From Mobula hypostoma (Eukaryota): a DNA stretch of 64,000 bases. The translations under genes and the position numbers were made by a program. Positions 60,475-64,000 of this stretch are shown here, in pieces. The stretch spans positions 70,122,001-70,186,000 of the forward strand of contig NC_086108.1 of assembly GCF_963921235.1 (NCBI RefSeq). The letters run 5' to 3'. Under the pieces are notes generated by a model. The model ran no database searches. It was not told the origin of the DNA and was given only the letters and a program-made list of their open reading frames with translations. Position 1 is the first letter of the stretch, and each line of letters starts with the position of its first letter.

Positions 60475-61704
60475 TTGTATAAATCAAATATTGTTTTTTT
60501 TTGGCACAACAATAATAAAAAACCATGTACATGCTGCACTGATGTATACATTGTTCCCGAACATTTTTGGACCATGGTTTTAAGAAAGCATCTCTGCTGG
60601 GTTTGTAGTACATTTAGCTTTTTGCCCAATATCTTCATATCATCAGTGGGTTAAAAAAATCATGTTTGATTATTTAATTGTTTTAGTATTAAAAAGAATC
60701 AACAAAGGTGGAAGTAGAGGCTAAAGAGCAAAGCTCCAGAGATTAGGACAACAAAAAGGTTGTTGCAGGAGCAGAGGAGTGGCCACGGGATGGCTTGGAG
60801 TCAGTGGACTAGGTCGTTCGTGTTCAAGGACTCTGCTGTGGATCTGAATGAATACACTATGGTTGTCATGGACATTATTAAAACAGTTGTAGTCGAGAGT
60901 GTCTCCAGAAAATCATTCAGTCTTCGCCAATCAGAAACCCTGGATGAACCATGAGATCCTTAGTCTACTAAGGGCCAGATGAAGAGGCATTCAAGTCTGG
61001 TGACCAAGAGAGTTACAAGAGGTCCATGTACGATCTCCAGAAAGCCATCGCACACGCAAAGTGGCAATTTCAGATTAAATTTGATTCAATGAAGGATGCT
61101 TGACAGTGGTGGCAGGGCTTGAATACTATCACCTCAAGAGTCAAAGGCGACAACAGGGCTTAGCTTCCAGATGAGCCCAATGCCTTCTATGTTCGCTTTG
61201 AACGTCAAAACATGAAGGAACCATCACAAACTCCCACAGCCCTTGATGATCCTGTGATTTCAGTCTCTTAAGGCTGATGTGCGAGCAGTCTTCAGAAGGG
61301 TGTACCCACAAACATCAAGCCCAGATGGAGTACCTGGCCAAGTACTAAAGACCTGTGCTGATCAAGTGGCTGGAGTGTTCATTGAGATCTTTAACCTCTC
61401 ACCTTGGCAGTCTGAGGTACCCACCTGCTTCAAGCAGGCTTCAGTTATACCGGTGCCAAAGAACATGGTAATGTGGCTCAATGACTATTGTCCAGTAGCA
61501 CTTGCATCCGCTGTGATTAAGTGTTTTGAGAGGTTGGTGATGAAGCACATCAAGTCTGCCTGAAAATCGATTTGGATCCACTCTAACTTGCCTCGCTCCC
61601 TAGCAGATACAATCTCACTGGCTTTTCACTCTACTCTGGAAAATCTCGACAACAAAGATGCATGCATCAAGATAATCTTTATCAACTATAGCTCAGCATT
61701 CAAT

Positions 61705-62790
61705 CATCGTCATCAGGTGCCATGCCCAGTTTGAGCTTTGACTGCCATGGTTCACACACTCCTGTTTCGGGTCAGGTGGATCAATTCATTGGTATTTATT
61801 TCCAGTACTCTAGCTGCTGTCTCCATCATCATTTGTCTTTGTTTTTTTTTGGCGTGTGCCCGTGTGCGTTTGCGTGTCCGTGCGTGCGTCCGTGATGATG
61901 GATTTTACAAGATGCGGAGTGAGTGAGAGAGACTGTGTGACATGCCACTCCTCACACAGACATTTCACAGTATTTTCCCTTTGTTTTACGAGGTCGAGTT
62001 GCGATCTCGGCACTCAACCCGGCACGGATGGAAAGCGTACTCGGGGGCGGACCTGACTAGTTTCGAACTTGGGAACCTCCGCTCCCGGGTCCGGCGACGA
62101 TGTCGTTGCACCACCGGCCAGCCTGTCATTTGTCTTTGTCTTCCTCTTGCTTTCTTCCCTTCAATCTTTCCCATAATTACTGTGCATTCTAACTTCTCTT
62201 TCCTAACCACATGTCCAATGAAGTTACGTTGCCTTTTCGTGGTTTCATACATTATTTCTCTTTTGTGTTTGCTCTGTTCATGACATCCTTGTTATATATT
62301 CATTTCGTCCATGATATTCTTTGCATCCTCCTCAAAAACCACATTTCTGCTGCTTCAATTCGTTTCCTCATGTTACTAGATATTGTCCAACATTCTGAGC
62401 CATATAACATAACTGGATAAACATAACATTTCTGTACTCTGAGGTGGGTTGTCATGCCTAGTTTAGTATTGGTCAGTATACTCTTCATTCTCATAAAGGT
62501 GTCTTTTGCCATCTCTATTGGTGTCTATGTCACACCTGCCATCTGATGTCACCCAGCTTCCTAAGTAGCAAAAGTTCTGTACTTGTTTTATGTCTTTCTC
62601 GTTTATTCTCAGCCTGCAGATAGGATTCTCCTTCTTTTTGGATATCATCATACATTCTGTCTTTTTGCAATTGATAGACCCATTTTTGTACTTTCTTCAA
62701 CAACTATATCAATTGTTTTGTAGGTCTTCCTCCGTACTTGCAATTAGTACAGTGTCATCTGCATATCTGAAACTATTGATGTTTTCAATT
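61705..62790 (-). mobile_element. RTE-clade LINE 3' fragment
   Basis: ORFs 62463-62651 (QVQNFCYLGS), 62300-62512 (PVMLYGSECWT..RIEAAEMWFLRRM.RISWT) and 61986-62252 (FIGHVVRK..GKIEGKKARGRQR). Confidence 0.88.
61843..62125 (-). mobile_element. Young CpG-rich tRNA-derived SINE with poly(A) tail
   Basis: Minus strand A-box-like TGGTGCAACGAC and B box GTTCGAAAC. Perfect 14-bp TSD TCATTTGTCTTTGT (61829-61842, 62126-62139). Confidence 0.85.
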
Positions 62791-64000
62791 ATTTAAAATT
62801 GAAATTAAAATTAAAATTCAAAGTACTATTCAGCATTCAATGCCATCACCTAAAAACTAATCAGTAAGCTTCAAGTCCTTGGCCTCAATACCTCCTTGTG
62901 CAATTGGATCCTGGATTTCCTCATTTGTAGACCCCAGTCAGTTCAGATTGGCAACAATCCATGGTCAATCAGCGCAGTTGCACTACAAGGCTGTGTGCTT
63001 GGCCCCCTGCTCTACTCCACCACTTATGACTTATGGCTCCAATGCCATATTCAAGTTTGCTGACGACTCAACAGTTGTATATGCAAAGTCAAAGCTGGTG
63101 ATGAATCAGCGTAAAGGACGGAGATTGAAAATTTAGCTGAGAGATGCCACAGCAGCAACATCTTAATGAATGTCAGCAAGACCAAGAAGCTAGTTATTGA
63201 CTTCAGGAGGAGGAAACCGGAGGTCCATGAGCCAGTTCTCATCTTGAGGATCAGAGGTGGAGGGGGTCAGCAACTTTAAATTCCTCGGTGTTATGATTTC
63301 GGAGGATCTCTGCTGGGGCCTAGCGCATAAGTGCAATTCTGAAAAAAGCATGGCAGCACCTCTGCTTCCTTAGCAGTTTGTAAAGGTTCAGCAGGATATT
63401 TAAAATTTGACAGATTTCTATTTCTATAGATGTGTGGTGGAAAGTATATTAACTGGCTGCATCACAGCCAGGTATGGTAACACCATTGGAATAGAAAATC
63501 CTACAAGAAGTAGTGGATATGGCCCTGTCCATCATGGGTAAAGCCCTCCCCACCACTGAGCACATCGACACGAAATGTTGTCACAGGGAAGCAGCATCCA
63601 TCATCAGGGACCCTACCACCTGGGACATGCTCTCTTCTTGCTGCTACCATCAGGAGCCTCAGGACTCAACCACCAGGTCCAGGAATGGTTACTACCCCTC
63701 AACCATCAGGCTGTTACACCAAAGGCGGTAACTTCACTCATCTTCTCTTACCCCATCCTTAAAATGCTTCCACAACCTATAGACTCAAACTTTCAAGGAC
63801 TACTCATCTCATATTCTTGATATTTATTATTAATATTTCCTTTTTTGTATTTGCTCAGTGTTGTCTTTTGCACACTGGTTGAATGCCCAAGTAAGTTTCG
63901 GCCTTTCATTGGTTCTATCGTGGTTGTTATTCTGTTATAGATTTATTAAGTATGCCCACAAGAAAATGAATCTCAGGGATGTATATGCCTACATATATGA

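Larger units (their letters stand above)
60700..63990 (+). mobile_element. Rex1/Babar-like LINE interrupted by an RTE element
   Basis: ORF 61279-61563 (PDGVPGQVLKTCADQVAGVF..LNDYCPVAL). The sequence resumes at about 62820 (tcagcattcaat, FKFADD) and runs to the 3' UTR. Confidence 0.85.

Overview
Eukaryotic, intron-rich vertebrate DNA, largely transposable elements. The repeat complement (CR1, Rex1/Babar, Penelope, V-domain tRNA SINEs) suggests a cartilaginous fish, probably a ray; this is an inference. The window holds a conserved syntenic block, RAB3B(-) / TXNDC12(-) / BTF3L4(+). I read the first coding exon of RAB3B (5711-5938), the complete 7-exon TXNDC12 CDS (43920->32206; 168 aa, WCGAC active site, C-terminal TDEF) and the first coding exon of BTF3L4 (57882-57935) by hand. 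The TXNDC12 and BTF3L4 exons are absent from the ORF track. Most notable observations: (1) a 3.08-kb hAT transposon with TIRs and an 8-bp TSD, in which a Tigger/pogo CENP-B-type DNA-binding region is fused in frame to a KIAA1586-like hAT DDE core (this copy is disrupted); (2) Penelope-derived minimal hammerhead ribozymes, plus three separately inserted, TSD-flanked 155-218 bp fold-back mini-elements whose inversion points fall inside or right next to the ribozyme; (3) a mariner fold-back element with five TIR copies; (4) minisatellites born inside a SINE and inside a HERO-like retrotransposon; (5) several nested insertions with readable TSDs. No CRISPR arrays, rRNA genes or genuine tRNA genes were found. 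Boundaries of degraded repeats are approximate.
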